Part shown: positions 25,938 to 38,778 of the stretch, piece by piece
Layout: each line of letters starts with the position of its first letter
Numbering within the stretch: position 1 is the first letter of the stretch
Origin: Gracilinanus agilis
Lineage: Eukaryota
NCBI RefSeq assembly: GCF_016433145.1
Contig: NC_058132.1
Location: forward strand, 86,641,166 to 86,705,165
Direction: 5' to 3'
DNA: 64,000 nucleotides
The notes under the pieces: generated by a model
Database searches by the model: none
What the model saw: only the letters and a program-made list of their open reading frames with translations
Told to the model about the DNA's origin: nothing
Program-made: the position numbers and the translations under genes

Positions 25938-26619
25938 TGAATAAAAGATGGAGTCAAACAGGAAGGAAATATGGCACTTCCTGATCCAAACTGTTAATGG
26001 TGCTGACTAGCTGTAGCCTTTAGAATGTCCAGACAGCTCTCCTTACTTGGCCCTAGATGAAAGGTAGGCAATGACTACAAGTTCTTAGGTTTAAAAGGTT
26101 GATGGATTTATTTGATGATGAAATATTAGGTGAAAGGGATTTGGTAAGAGGGTAAGGTAATTTAAGAACTTTAAAACAGATAATCTCACTAAACTAGGTT
26201 TGAGATGCTGAACGTATTCCTGTGAAGCTGAGGATAAGAATACCTAAGCAGATTTAAACTCTAATGTGCTTCTCTGCTGACCCAGGGCTGGCAAGCCCTG
26301 GGTCAGTATGGTGTTGTCTTGTTCGTTGCTATAAATAAATATTCTTCTCTAAAGGAATGGATTGATTTGCCTGATGTGTTGCTAAGAGTTGGCCTGCAGT
26401 GTTAGCTTAAGTCTACCTGCCTAAGTAAACTAACCCATGTTCCACTTCCCTCCACCCTGGGTCCCAAACCCAAGGGGCTAGAAGGAAAAGTGACCAACTC
26501 AGGGGACTGAGAGCTCTTTATATACCCTGCCTTCAAACTGTCAGGCTGACACCAGCCCTGTCTCATGCCAGGTTCTATATTCTAACTGGGCACCTGTTAG
26601 CTTGCATCCATGCCAAACA
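25938..26619 (-). mobile_element. Solo LTR related to the 24215-24844 LTR
   Basis: Shares ggaagg.aa.t.tgg..cttcctg, tttatataccctg, caactgtcag/aaactgtcag and a terminal aaaca; left boundary uncertain. Confidence 0.7.
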
Positions 26620-27049
26620 GGGCTGCAAGATTTTACATACTGCATTTGATACATTAAGATGAGAAGGGAACTAGTTAAGCAGGAAAAAATAGTATTTGCA
26701 GTGAGTTTTTATAAAGGTCTTCTACCGAATATATATAAAGAATTAAAAAGAATAAAAGCCATTCTCCAAAAGAGGGGAAAGACAAACACATTGGCACACT
26801 GTTGGAGTTGTGGATTGGTCTAGCTTTCCTGAAATCATCTTGGAACTAAACCCCCAAAGTCATTAAGGTATATTTATCTTTTGAAAATTCAATGATGCCA
26901 TCATTAGGCCATACTTCAGATATAAAAGGAAGAAGAAAAAAACTTATACAAATGCTTCTATCAATTCTTTATAATGAGAAAAAATAGGAAATAAAGGAGA
27001 TGCTTCTTAAGTTGGGAATGGCTGAGAATATTATGGAATAAGCATATAA

Positions 27050-27051
<2 letters not shown>

Positions 27052-27084
<33 letters not shown>
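27052..27084. repeat. (AT)n microsatellite between 18-bp direct repeats
   Basis: atggaataagcatataat (27033-27050) and atggaataagcgtataat (27085-27102). Confidence 0.95.
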
Positions 27085-27086
<2 letters not shown>

Positions 27087-27431
27087 GGAATAAGCGTATA
27101 ATTATTTCACCATAATAAATGATGAAATGGACAATTTGATACAAACATGGGAAGATATATAAAATGATACAGAACAAAGAGAAGAAATCTAAGGAACATA
27201 TAATAACATTTTAAAGAAAAACTCAAGAATTCTAATTAATGTGAGGACTAGTCATAATCCCAGAGGACTCATGACGAATATGTTGCTTACCTCTGGACAA
27301 GAGAGGTGATGAACTCACGTTATTGAATAAGACATACATTCTCAAACATGGCCAGTGCATAGATTTGTGTTGCTTGACTATGCATATTTGATTCAAGAGC
27401 TTTAATTCTCTTTTTCCCCTCAATTGAGGGG

Positions 27432-28093
27432 TGTGATAATTAGATTAAGTCTACACTGCCCAACTTTAGATTTAATCACCAAAAGTGAGAGTACCTCCAA
27501 TCTTGGGTGGTCCTAACCCACATGTGCTGGAGTGAGTGAAGAATCAGAATCGACTGACCTGCCCCCTGTGCAGTCTATGAGAAGCGTCTATTGTGAGTGG
27601 ACATGCAAATTAGGAGGGAGGCATAGGAAGTGACGCATAAGTGACCCCTTTAAAAGGAGAAGGTCCTCAGTCAGCTGGGGTCTTTGGTAGAAAAGGGTGT
27701 CTGGTGACTGGCTTCTGGTTTTGTGAAGGGGACCTGAGGGAACTTTGCTAGTTCATGACCGAGACTGTTCCATGTGGTGAGTTTAAAAGACTGAATCTTC
27801 CTGAACTTCTATTAAGAGACTTCTTTTTATAGACTCTGTGAATGAAATTTGCTCCATTCACCCCTGGGCCTCAGGCCCTTTAACCCTCGGCTGAGGGTTA
27901 AAATCTACCTGGAATAATTAGTGGGGTAGATTCTTATTTCCTTACTTCCTCTCTCTCTTCTCCTGTAAATAAATTTCCATAAAAGTCAATTTTGATTTGA
28001 GATTATTCTTAATTGAGGATTGATAATAGTTCAATCCTCTGGTGACCATCTTTAATACATTGAACCCATAAAACCCCTTTTTTCACCCTTACA
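27432..28093 (+). mobile_element. Solo ERV LTR, 662 bp
   Basis: TGTGA...TTACA ends, 4-bp TSD GGGG, TATA-like tttaaaa, AATAAA near 27968, internal donor GTGAGT at 27777. Confidence 0.85.
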
Positions 28094-29599
28094 GGGGGGA
28101 GTTTGGGGGAAATAGGGAGTACTAGTAAAAGGATGACTAAAATCAAAGAAGTAAGAAAAGAGGATCATTGAAGTGTTAAGATCAGAAGAGTATAAAATGG
28201 AGGGCAATGGGAAAAAGATAGACAATCAGGACAATTTTGAAAAAGTGTTGAATGTATTATATAGTTAAAAAGAAAAGCATGTTGCACATAATACCTACAA
28301 TCCTATTTTTTGTTCTCCTTTGCATAATGAAATTCTAATCTTATTTGGTGTTTGTTATATTTAGCATAAAAGTAAAGAAAAGAGAACCTAAATAAATTAC
28401 TGGGTAATATAACAACTTTCTCATAGCTTTACAATCTTTAAGAAAATAGAATGGTCTATACACGTAAATATGTGTATTTGATATTTGATGAAAATATGTA
28501 AAGAGAAAGAATGGGCTCTTGTAGGCAATTCTATATGTTAGACTATATCTCCCCAGTTTTATAATTAACTAAAAGGTATAGGTGATACAAGATTGTACTT
28601 GTGCTTAATATTTAATTTTAAATTAAAAAATTGAATAAATGACCAAAGGAGATGAACAGATCATTTTGACATTGGAGTTCTTTTTTTTTTTTTTGGAGAA
28701 TTCCTGTTCCATGCCATTTTGACCATTTTAACAGGAAGAATTCAGGCAAAAAGAAGGATTGTGTTGTGTCAACTAGTACCTTTTCAATGCCCTTTAGTTT
28801 GGGCTGTATAGCTACAGGAAATCAAAAGGCTCCACTTTACTACACGACTAAAAAACTAGCATAGGTTTCAAAATCCACATGAGGAATACATCAGAAATAC
28901 TTTGTGTTTACATATTATTAATAAACATTTATTGAGTGCTTAATATGTGCTAGGTACTATGCTAAAAAAAGAGGCAAAAGACAGTTCCCAACTTCAGTCA
29001 GGGAACTTAAACTTTAATGTGGTAGAGAGCAACATGCAAACAAATATATATATAAAACAAGCTATATGCAAGATAAATAGGAGATACAAGGACTGGGTTA
29101 ATTAGATTGGCCAGTTCCCTGGCAAATCAACATAGGAAAGGGAATGGACTATTTTATAACCTTGCTAGCTTTGACAGGTCAGAAAAGTCTAAAAGCTATA
29201 GATGACAGTAGCTTTAGATGCCACCCAGCTTATTGTGGTGCCTTCTCTGAGGAGCAGCCTGCTTGATCCAGGTCATCAATGAACAACCTGGCCTCCATTG
29301 GAATGATTTGTCTGCAAGCTAGGCTAAAATGGTCAAAATGATGTTGGAGTTAATAATCATAGAATACATGATATTAGGACAATATTAAATGAATGAAAAA
29401 TGGATGGCATATGGAAAAATCATTATGGATGCACTGTGTGAATAGTCATGTAAACATCAAAATTTGCCAGAAAAAAATTCCTAAAAGGAACAATTGCTGC
29501 TGGACATTGGTTTTTGATTCCTCACCGGCTATAATATTAATTTTGTAGTCCCTAACATCATCCCTCAATTGCAGTCACACCCTGGAGCATCCATTAACT

Positions 29600-30520
29600 C
29601 TGTGCCCCCTCCATGGTACTGGATCATGTTTCTACTATTTTGGCCCTCTTTTCTCATTGGTTAGTTAGTCCTGAGACCTCCATTTTGGGGAGGAGCTCAA
29701 ACCAGCTAAAATTCATTCTCCTCCTGGCTTTGCTTCTGACTTTCTTGTTTTTAACACTATTTCTTAGTTGCAATCTCATGTTGAATTATCTGTCTTTTCT
29801 TGCGACCTTCTTATTACGATACATGCCACTTGCTATGTTGGCCCTTTTTCATATAGATGGGGAGATCTTCCAGGCCCTCCTGTGATAGCCATTTGGTTGG
29901 TTTCCCTATTTTACATTTCTCCCCACTCTAGTCCATCCTCCACTTATGTATGTGATTTTCCTAAAAGCACAGGGCTGATGGTGACAACCATCCATTCTAT
30001 GAACTCCAGTGGTTCCCTAACCTCCAGGATCAAATATAAAATTCTCCCTTTGTCATTCAAAGTCCATCATAACCTGGCTCCCACCTACCTTTGCAGTCTT
30101 CTTATACTTTACTCCCGTGTACTGTCTGTGATTTAGTGATGCTAGCCTTTTATGCTCCTCAAACAAATCTCTCCCATCTTTCTACTTTATACATTTTAAT
30201 TGGCCATCCCCCATGTCTGGAATGCTCTTTCTCCTTATCTCTACTATCTGACTTCTCTAGCTTTCTTCAAGTGCCCACTTTCTACAAGAAGCTTTTCCTG
30301 ATCCTCCTTAGTGTTAGTGTCTTCCTTCTGTTGATCATCTCCAATTTATCTTTTCTGCATTATGTTTGCATATATCTGTTTGAATGTTGTCTCCCAATTT
30401 TATTGAGTTCCTTGAGGGCAGGAGCTGTCTTTCTTTGTATCCCAGAATTTAGCATTATAACTAGCAATTTGTATCCCAGAACTTAGCTTTGTAACTAATA
30501 AGATGTTACTAAATACTTAT
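29600..30520 (+). mobile_element. L2 LINE 3' portion
   Basis: ctccagtggttccc...ccaggatcaaatataaaattctcc...ccttgagggcaggagctgtc is the L2 3' end pattern. Confidence 0.8.
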
Positions 30521-31672
30521 ATTAAGTGAGTGGTTTTGTTCATCACATTCTAGACACCAAGTTCTAACACTATAGGACTTCTTTCAAAGAAAGATAATAC
30601 AAATAAAATAGTTGAACAAAGTTGATTTTTTTCACTCTGACACCCTGTATATTGCTATGTGTACACTGACAGCTAGCAAGTTCCTAGGTAGGTAGCTGTT
30701 CTGTTGCAAACTGCATAAAGCTATAAGCAAGTGGTCAATGAGTCAAGTCTAGTCAACGAGAATTCATTAAGTGCCTGCTATTTGCTAAGCTAATTTGCAA
30801 GAGATACAAAGAAAGCCAAAAAACATAGCAAGGTGGCCAGGTATGACTGGTATGTAGATGGTAATAAGGTATAAAAAAAACTGGAAAAGTAAGGAAGTCG
30901 TCAGGTTATAAAGGATTTTAAAGATAGAGGACTTTATATTTGATATTATTGGAGTATATATTGATGGAGTTTGCTGAACAGAGTGAGATAGATAAGGTCC
31001 ATCCTAGTCTGATTCCTAATCTAGTTAGAGGGTTGATAAAGAATAACGTTCAGAAATATTAAAAATGGGAAACCTATACTTTTAGTTCACACTTTACATT
31101 TTTTTCAATCTAAATAATACTAGTCCCATCACCCAGCTGTTTCTAGGACATAGGTTGAGGCAGCATAGTTTATTGAACAAAGCAAAAATTAAATAAAAAA
31201 AGGTCTTTATATAGAACTTTCTTCCTCTAATCTTCCTACATTCCTACTACTTGCTCTCTAATTTCTTCAGTTATGGGCGAGTAATCCTAAAAACCTCATT
31301 TATCCATAGATCATGGTAAAGGAATAAAATAAGTGGTGTGAATGTCCAAGATCCAATGAAAGAGAAGGCATGAGGAAAGAGATTAACCTCCTTGCCTCAG
31401 GTTTATCAATCCATTTGTGTTCATAATAGCTGACCATCTTGAGTACTTGGTGCTTATTTCCTGGTCGCTGCTCACGGGTTTGAGTCACTTCCAGGGCACT
31501 GATTGTCAATTTTCTTCCCCTGATCTCAGTTATCAGCTGATAGTTAGGGCTCTGGTATTTGCTCTTTGTTTGTCCTTAATACTGTATTTAGCTAATATTC
31601 TCACATGGTAAACAGGAAGCCTCAGCCTGATCACAGCCAATATTTATCTTTTCCATCATGGCAATCAGAACA

Positions 31673-31740
<68 letters not shown>
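31673..31740. repeat. (CT)n microsatellite
   Basis: Near-perfect dinucleotide run. Confidence 0.98.
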
Positions 31741-31743
<3 letters not shown>

Positions 31744-31805
31744 GTAAAAGATAAAAAATAGGATTTCATGCCAGTATTTTTGAATATAGAGCTTCTCTAT
31801 AATTT

Positions 31806-32025
31806 AAGGGCAGCTAGGTGGCATAGTGGATAGAGCTTGAAGTCAGGAAGAACTGAGTTTAAATTCAGATTTAGACATTAACTATTGGCAAGTCACTTAA
31901 CCCTGTTTGCCTCATTTTTTTTTCATCTGTAAAATGAGCTAGAGAAGGAAATGGCAAATTGCTCCAATGTTTGCCAAGAAAACTCCAAATATAGTAATAA
32001 CTGAAATGACTAAACAAGAACAACA
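31806..32025 (+). mobile_element. MAR1 SINE
   Basis: gggcagctaggtggcatagtggatagagc head and gagaaggaaatggcaaa...tttgccaagaaaac RTE-like tail ending in caacaa-type repeats. Confidence 0.85.
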
Positions 32026-32459
32026 TTAAATTAGTAATGTTTCGTTCTTAAAGTATAAATAGATTCAGATTCAAAGTTTTATGCATAATTTTATTTTGTG
32101 TGTTGCTTATTTGGCTTTTTTGTTACTTGTTAATTTTATAATTAAAAAGAAACAAAGAAGAGAAAATAGATTTGTACAGGTTATCTCTTACCAAGGCAAT
32201 GGAAATAAGTCACAAGAGGGGTTATTTGTCTCATTTAAAAAGACCTTGACACTCAGAACTCTTTGAAAATTGTATGAGACACACCAGGTTAGTAAGTTTC
32301 TATTCATTAGATGGCTTTAAGCAGAAGATGGGTGGCAACTTATTGAGGATATTAAGGAGGGGATTCATGTTTTGGATAAAGTTAGACAAGATGGAACCTA
32401 AGATATTTCTCAGCTCCAGGATTCCATAATACTCTGAGTCCTAGATTAAAAAATTATTT

Positions 32460-34508
32460 AAAAAGAATTTTTATTTTTAAATATTTTTCATGTTTACATG
32501 ATTCATTTTCTTTCCCTCCCCTTTTCCCTCCCCATTCTCATAGCCAACAAGCAATTCAACTGGGATATACAAATGTTATCACTTGATACCCATTTCCATA
32601 TCATTAATTTTTGCTATAGAGCAATTTTTTAAAAGTCAAAACCCCAAATCACATACCCATATATACATGTGATAAGTCATGTCATATGTTTTTTTTAATA
32701 TTTTTAAACCCTTAACTTCTGTGTATTAGTTCCTTGGTGGAAGAGTGGTAAGGGTAGGCAATGGGGGTCAAGTGACTTGCCCAGGGTCACACAGCTGGGA
32801 AGTATCTGAGGCCAGATTTGAACCTAGGACCTCCCGTCTCTAGGCCTGGCTCTCAATCCACTGAGCTACCCAGTTGCCCCAATGTCATATGTTTTGCTTT
32901 TGCATTTCTACTCCCATAGTTCTTTTTCTCAATGTTGTTAGCATTCTTTTCTATAAGTCCTTCAGGAGTAGCATGGCTTGTTGCATTGCTACTAATAGCA
33001 GTCAATTACATTGGAATGTTTTACTTTCTTTATATAATGTTCTCTTGCTTCTTGCTCATTTCACTCTGTATCAGTTCATTGAGATTCTCCTAGTTCATAT
33101 AGAAATCCTTTAGAACATCATCCCTTATAGCACAATAGTATTCCATCACCATCATGTACTACAATTTGTTCATTCATTCCCCAATTGAGGGACACTCACT
33201 AATTTTCTAATTTTTTGCCACTACAAAAAACTTAGCTATGAATATTTTTGTACGAACAATTTTCATTATTATTTCTTTGGGGTTCAAACCTAGTAGTGGT
33301 ATAGCTGGATCAGAGGGTAGGCAATCTTTTAAAGCCCTTTGCATATAATTCCAAATTGCCTTCCAGAATGACTGGATTAATTCACAACTCCACCAGCAAG
33401 GCATTAGTGTCCCAATTTTGCCACAACCCTTCCAATATATATTATTTTCCATATTGGTCAATCTGCTAGGTGTGAGGTAGTACCTCAGTATTACTTTCAT
33501 TTGAATTTCTCTAATTATGAGAGATTTAGAATAATTTTTCATGTTCTTAATGATAGTTTTGATTTCTTTATCTGAAAACTGCCTATTCATGTCCCTTGAT
33601 CATTTGTTAATTAGGGAATGGCCTGACTTTTTTTTTGACAATTTACTTATCTCCTTATAAATTTGAGAGATTACACCTATGTCAGAGGTTTTTGTTACAA
33701 ATTTTCCCCCTCAATTTGTTGTTTCCCTTTTACTTTTTGGTTGCATTGGTTTTGTTTGTACATAAATTTTTAATTTGATGTAATCAAAATTATTTGTTTT
33801 ACATTTTGTAGTGTTCTCTGTGTCCTGATGGATTTTAAATTCCTTCCTTTCCCATAGATCTGACAGATATATTCTTCTATGTTCATCTAATATAGTTATG
33901 ATTGCCTCTTTATATTTAAGTCATTTACTCATTCTGAATTAATCTTGTGTAGGTTGTAAAATGTTGATCTAAACTTAATTCTTCCCATACTGTTTTGTAG
34001 TTCTCTCAGCAGTTTTTGTCAAATAGTGAGTTCTTGTCCCCAAAGCTGGGATCTTTGGGTTTATTGCACAGTATCTTGCTGAGGTCATTTGCCCCAGGTC
34101 TATTCCATTGATCCACCCTTCTCTCTCTAAGCCAGTACCATATTGTTTTGATGATTATTGCTTTATAGTATAGTTTGAGATCTGGTAACCCTAGGCCTCC
34201 ATCCTTCACATTTTTTCATTAGTTCCCTTGATATTCTCGATCTTTTGTTCTTCCAGATGAACTTTGTAAGAATTTTTTATAATTTTATAAAAAAATTTCT
34301 TTGGTAGTTTGATATGTATAGCATTGAATAAGTAAATCAATTTAGGTAGGACTGTCATTTTTATTATATTAGTTTGTCCTACCCATGAGCAATTGATGCT
34401 TTTCCAATTATTTAGATCTAGTTTTATTTGTGTGAAGAGTGTTTTGTACTTCATATAATTCCTAAATTTGTCTTGGCAAATAGATTTCCAGGTATTTTAT
34501 CTAGGGGT
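32460..34508 (-). mobile_element. L1 3' half (ORF2 C-terminus and 3' UTR), decayed
   Basis: ORF track peptides WKSINCSWVGQTNIIKMTVLPKLIYLF, GGLGLPDLKLYYKA..KTIWYW, RYYLTPSRL are L1 ORF2. Confidence 0.95.
32693..32881 (-). mobile_element. SINE1_Mdo-type SINE inserted in the L1 3' UTR
   Basis: Typical sequence (aacccttaacttct...ggtcacacagctgggaag...ctacccagttgcccc); 14-bp TSD atgtcatatgtttt (32679-32692, 32882-32895). Confidence 0.92.
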
Positions 34509-34722
34509 AAAAAAAAGATGATAATACTAAGAGAAATGGGACAAGAAACAAAATGGGGTAATTTTATATTTCATAAAGAAGTTCATGAAGGGAGGGGGAA
34601 AGAAGATCAATTCAATGAAAAGGTAAAAGAAGTTGGAGACAGTCTCCAAGAAAATCTTAATCATTACAGTGGGAAGGGTCAGAAAGTTTCAAATGGAAGG
34701 AAAACCTCCAACTCCAAATTTA

Positions 34723-34860
34723 ATCATCATCATCATCATCATCATCAACATTACCATAATCAACATCATCTACAATATCATCATCATCATCATCATCAAT
34801 ATCATCAACAACATCACCATCAACATCATTATCATCAACATCATCATCAACATCAACATC
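34723..34860. repeat. Imperfect (CAT/CAA)n trinucleotide repeat
   Basis: About 46 triplets. Confidence 0.97.
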
Positions 34861-35369
34861 TAGCTATTCATCTTTTCCTGGCCCAGAAAAGATTTTTACT
34901 GGGTGGCCTAACCTAATAGCATACTATGCAGAATGAGAGCCAAAAGACCTAAACTTTAGGCTTGAGTACTACTATGTGTTCTTTGTGGGTAAAAATAAAG
35001 ACTTATTTTTCTGGACTCATTTTCCTCATTTATGTATGAGTGAAGCTTACCTGGACTTTGCATTAGGTTAATCAATTAAATCAAAGTATAAACCAGGTAT
35101 AACAGGAAAATAAAACAACAAAAATAATTATGGCCTAAAAGAAGAAATACAGGAAAACATAATTTCCCTGCCTCAACTCCTTTGTAGAAGGTCTGTATAT
35201 AGATAATTGTATATTTTTAAAGATTTGTTCAAAATATGATGATTAATTTTGTGGATTTCCCCCTGTTCTTTTTTTCCATTTGCTTAAAATTTTCTTTTTT
35301 AGGGGATGACTGTCTAGGCTGGGCAGCAACTGGGATATAGGGGAAAATTTAAGTCATAAAAATTTTATC

Positions 35370-35516
35370 AATAATAATTATTTTTAAAAATAGTTCTTTT
35401 ATTTTCAATTTTATTAATTTCTCCTTTGATTTTTAGGATTTCCAATTTGATCTTTATCTGAGGGTTTTTAATTTGTTCTTTTTCTAGTTTTTTTAGTTGC
35501 ATAACCAATTCATTAA

Positions 35517-35547
<31 letters not shown>

Positions 35548-38500
35548 TTTTTTGGTTAATATGGGCACTCAGGGATATAAATTTTTCTGAGTACTGCTTT
35601 TGCTGTATCCCATAAATTTTGATATGTTGTTTCTTCATTGTCACTCTCTTTAATGAAATCAGTAATTGTTTCTATGATTTAACCAACCAGTTTTGGAGAA
35701 TAAGATTATTTAATTTCCAATTAATTTTTGATTTGCCTCTTCATATACCCTTACTAATTATAATTTTTTATCACATTATGAACTGAAAAAGTTGCATTTA
35801 TTATTTCTGCTTTTCTATATTTGTTTGCAATGTTTTTATGACCTAGTATATGGTCAATCTTTGTAAATATACCATGTGCTGCTGAAAAGAAGGTATATTC
35901 CTTTTTATTCCTATTTACTTTTCTCCATATATCTATTAACTCTAATTTTTCTAAGATTTCATTTACATCTCTTACTTCTTTCTTCTTATTTTTTTGTTTG
36001 ATTCATCTAAATCTTATAGAAGAAGGTTGAGGCATCCCACTAGTATAGTTTTACTATCTATTTCCTATTTAAGATCAAATAGTTTCTCCTTTAAACATCT
36101 GACTGCTATATCATTTGGTGCATACATGTTGAGTACAAATATTTCTTCATTGTATATACTCCCTTTTTTCAGGATGTAATTACCTTCCTTTTTCTTTTAA
36201 TCAGATCTATTTTTACTTTGAATTTGTCATATATCATGATTGTGACTCCTGCCTTCTTTTTCTCAGTATTTGGGATTCTATTTCCCAATAAATTCTATTC
36301 CATCCTCTTACTTTTACCCTGTGTGTGTCTACCTGCCTGATGTATGTTTCTTGTAGACAACATATGATAGAATTTTGGTTATTAAACCACTCTGCTATGT
36401 GCTTCATATTTTATGGGTGAGTCCATCCCATTCACATTCAGTTTTATGATTACCACCTGTTTATTCCCCATCATTCTGATTTCCTCTTTTAGTCCTGCCC
36501 TTCTTTCACTATTTCCTTCCACACCAGTGTTTTGCTTTTAATTAGTCCCTCTTTTTCCCACCCTTATTTTACTTTCCTTCCCACCCCATCCCTTCTTATT
36601 CCTCTCCTATTTCCCTTTAAAGTGTATTGATTGCCATCTCCACCTTTCTCTCCCTTTTAGTACTCCTTTTCTGCCTCTTCCTCCCTTTGGTTTTTCCCTT
36701 TAAACTTCCCTATAGGGTAAGATAGAATTCTATACCCCGATAGATCTGGGTTCTCTTCTCTCTCAGAACTGATTCCACCAAGAGTAAGTTTAAGTATTAC
36801 CTATTACCACTCTCTTCATCTCCTTCTTATAATAGTATTCAACTTAGTGCCCCCACTTCTGCCTATGAATGTCTTGTATCTACTATGATGATGAAAACAA
36901 TTTTTGAGAGTTGCAGATATCATTTTTCCATATGAAAATATAATCAATTTAACCTTACTGAAGCCCTTACATCCCCCACCCCCTTCTTGTTTACCTTCTT
37001 ATGGTCGTCTTGAATTTTGTATTTGGACATCAAATTTTCCATTTAGTTCTGGTCTTTTCTTTATAAATACTTGGAAATTTTCTGTTTTGCTAAACGCCTA
37101 TACTTTCCACTGAAAGTATATAGTCAGTTTTGATGGGTAGGTGATTCTTGGTTTCTTGGTTGTAGAACCAATTCTTTTGACTTCCTGAATATCATATTCC
37201 AAGCCTTGGGTCCTTTAGTGTGAAAGCTGCCAGATCCTGTGTAATTCTGACTGGAATTCCTTGATATCTGAATTGTCTCTTTCTGGCTGTTTGCAGTACT
37301 TTCTCCTTGGCCTAGAAGCTCTCAAATTTGACTGTAACATTCCTGGGAATTGTCTTTTGGGGATTTCATGTAGAAAGTGATCTGTGGATTTTTTAAAGTT
37401 TATTTTGCCCTCATGTTCACAAATATCAGAGTAGTTTTTTTGGATAATTTCTTGTAGTATCATGTCAAGGCTTTTTTTGTTCACTGCTTTCAGGTAGTCC
37501 AAGAATTCTCGAATTGTCTGTCCTGTATCTGTTTCCAGAGTTGTCTTTTTAATGAGATATTTCATGTTTCTTTCTATTTTTTCATTCTTTTGATTTTTCT
37601 TTATTAATTCTTGCAGTCTCATGAGATCATTAGCTTCTACTTGCCTAATTGTAGTTTTCTTTTTGTATTACTTTAATTTCTTTTTCTCACTTTTCTTTCC
37701 ATTTTTTTCTATCTTTCTTACTTGGTTCTTAAACTCCATTTGAATTTCTCTAGGTCTTGTGACTAATTTCCTTTTTTTTGAAAGTTTGGTTATGTTTTCT
37801 TGTTTCTCACTCTCTGTTATTGCTTCTTTATTTTGCTCTTTTTCTCCATAGAAATTGAGTCAAAAGTGTTTTTTTATGTTGCTTATTCCTTTTGCCACTA
37901 GAGGATTGAGATTCCTGCATTTTGGTGATCATTGCTTTCTTAGCTTCTTTCTCATAGGGATTTGCCATGGTACTATCTTCCCTTCCCTGTCAGAAGCCTG
38001 AGTAAGGGCAGGTAGATCTATGCTGTTCTTTGTGTGATCTTCCTCTGCTGCTGCTGCTGCTATTGTTGCTGTTGTTGCTATTATTGCTACTGCTGCTGCT
38101 GCTGCTTTTTAGGCTGCTGTTTTTGAAGCTCTGAGCACTACCACCTATGACTGGTATTTTCAAGGATGGGTCTATAGTGTAACACACTGCACCACATTTT
38201 GCTCTGAGGCTATTTTCTTTAGCTGTTGGGTCTGCTGCTGCTGCTGTATGGGAGTGAGCTTCATGCTATTCCCCAAGTCTCACTACCCAGGTCTGGCACG
38301 GCCCTCAGGAATGAGTTTGTGGTGCTTTCAGCCAGCCTCCAAGAATTTGGATTCTTCTGTAGCCCTGGTTCTCACTGGCATGGTGAGTGGAGGGAAGAGT
38401 AGTCCCTTGTCCAATTTTGTCTCTTTACAGCTTGGGAGTCCCCAATCTCACTGCCTACCTTTCACACTTCATCCAGTAGAAGAGCTTCTTTACTTATCCT

Positions 38501-38750
38501 GTTTTGACATCTGTCCTTTGAGACACTTTGTAATGATTGATTTGGAAGAAATCTCTGAGCATCTCCAAGTTTTTCCTGCTACCAAGCCTTCATCTTGGCT
38601 CCTTCCTGAATGCTACATCATGGCTTGCCTATATGTAAAGTACTTTGCAAAATTTAAAGTATTGCAGTCATGCTTACTTGCTTGCATATGCTCCTCCTTT
38701 TTCCATCATGGCTTCCAGAGTTCCTTCCTATCATGACCATTCCAAATCAA
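35370..38750 (-). mobile_element. L1 5' half (5' UTR, ORF1, ORF2 endonuclease region), decayed and 3'-truncated
   Basis: ORF1-like peptide at 37215-37622 and ORF2 'INELVMQLKKLEKEQIKNPQ...LEILKIKGEINKIE' at 35368-35568. Confidence 0.9.
38045..38106. repeat. Imperfect (CTG/TTG)n repeat in the L1 5' region
   Basis: Direct reading. Confidence 0.95.
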
Positions 38751-38778
38751 AATCTCTATTCCTTAAGACCCCCAACAT

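Larger units (their letters stand above)
26640..28400 (+). mobile_element. Old L1 3' region interrupted by an LTR
   Basis: ORF2 end (gggaatggctga.aa.attatgg) and 3' UTR-like sequence continuing after 28093. Confidence 0.7.

Noticed and set aside
28715-29340. 17/18-bp inverted repeat (cattttgaccattttaac / gctaaaatggtcaaaatg) about 600 bp apart
   Set aside because: No TSD or transposon-type termini; such a match is plausible by chance in AT-rich DNA.
34428-34916. 162-aa ORF with a long poly-His/Gln tract
   Set aside because: It starts in antisense L1 ORF2 and stays open because the CAT/CAA repeat has no stops in that frame. There is no promoter, splice or domain support.
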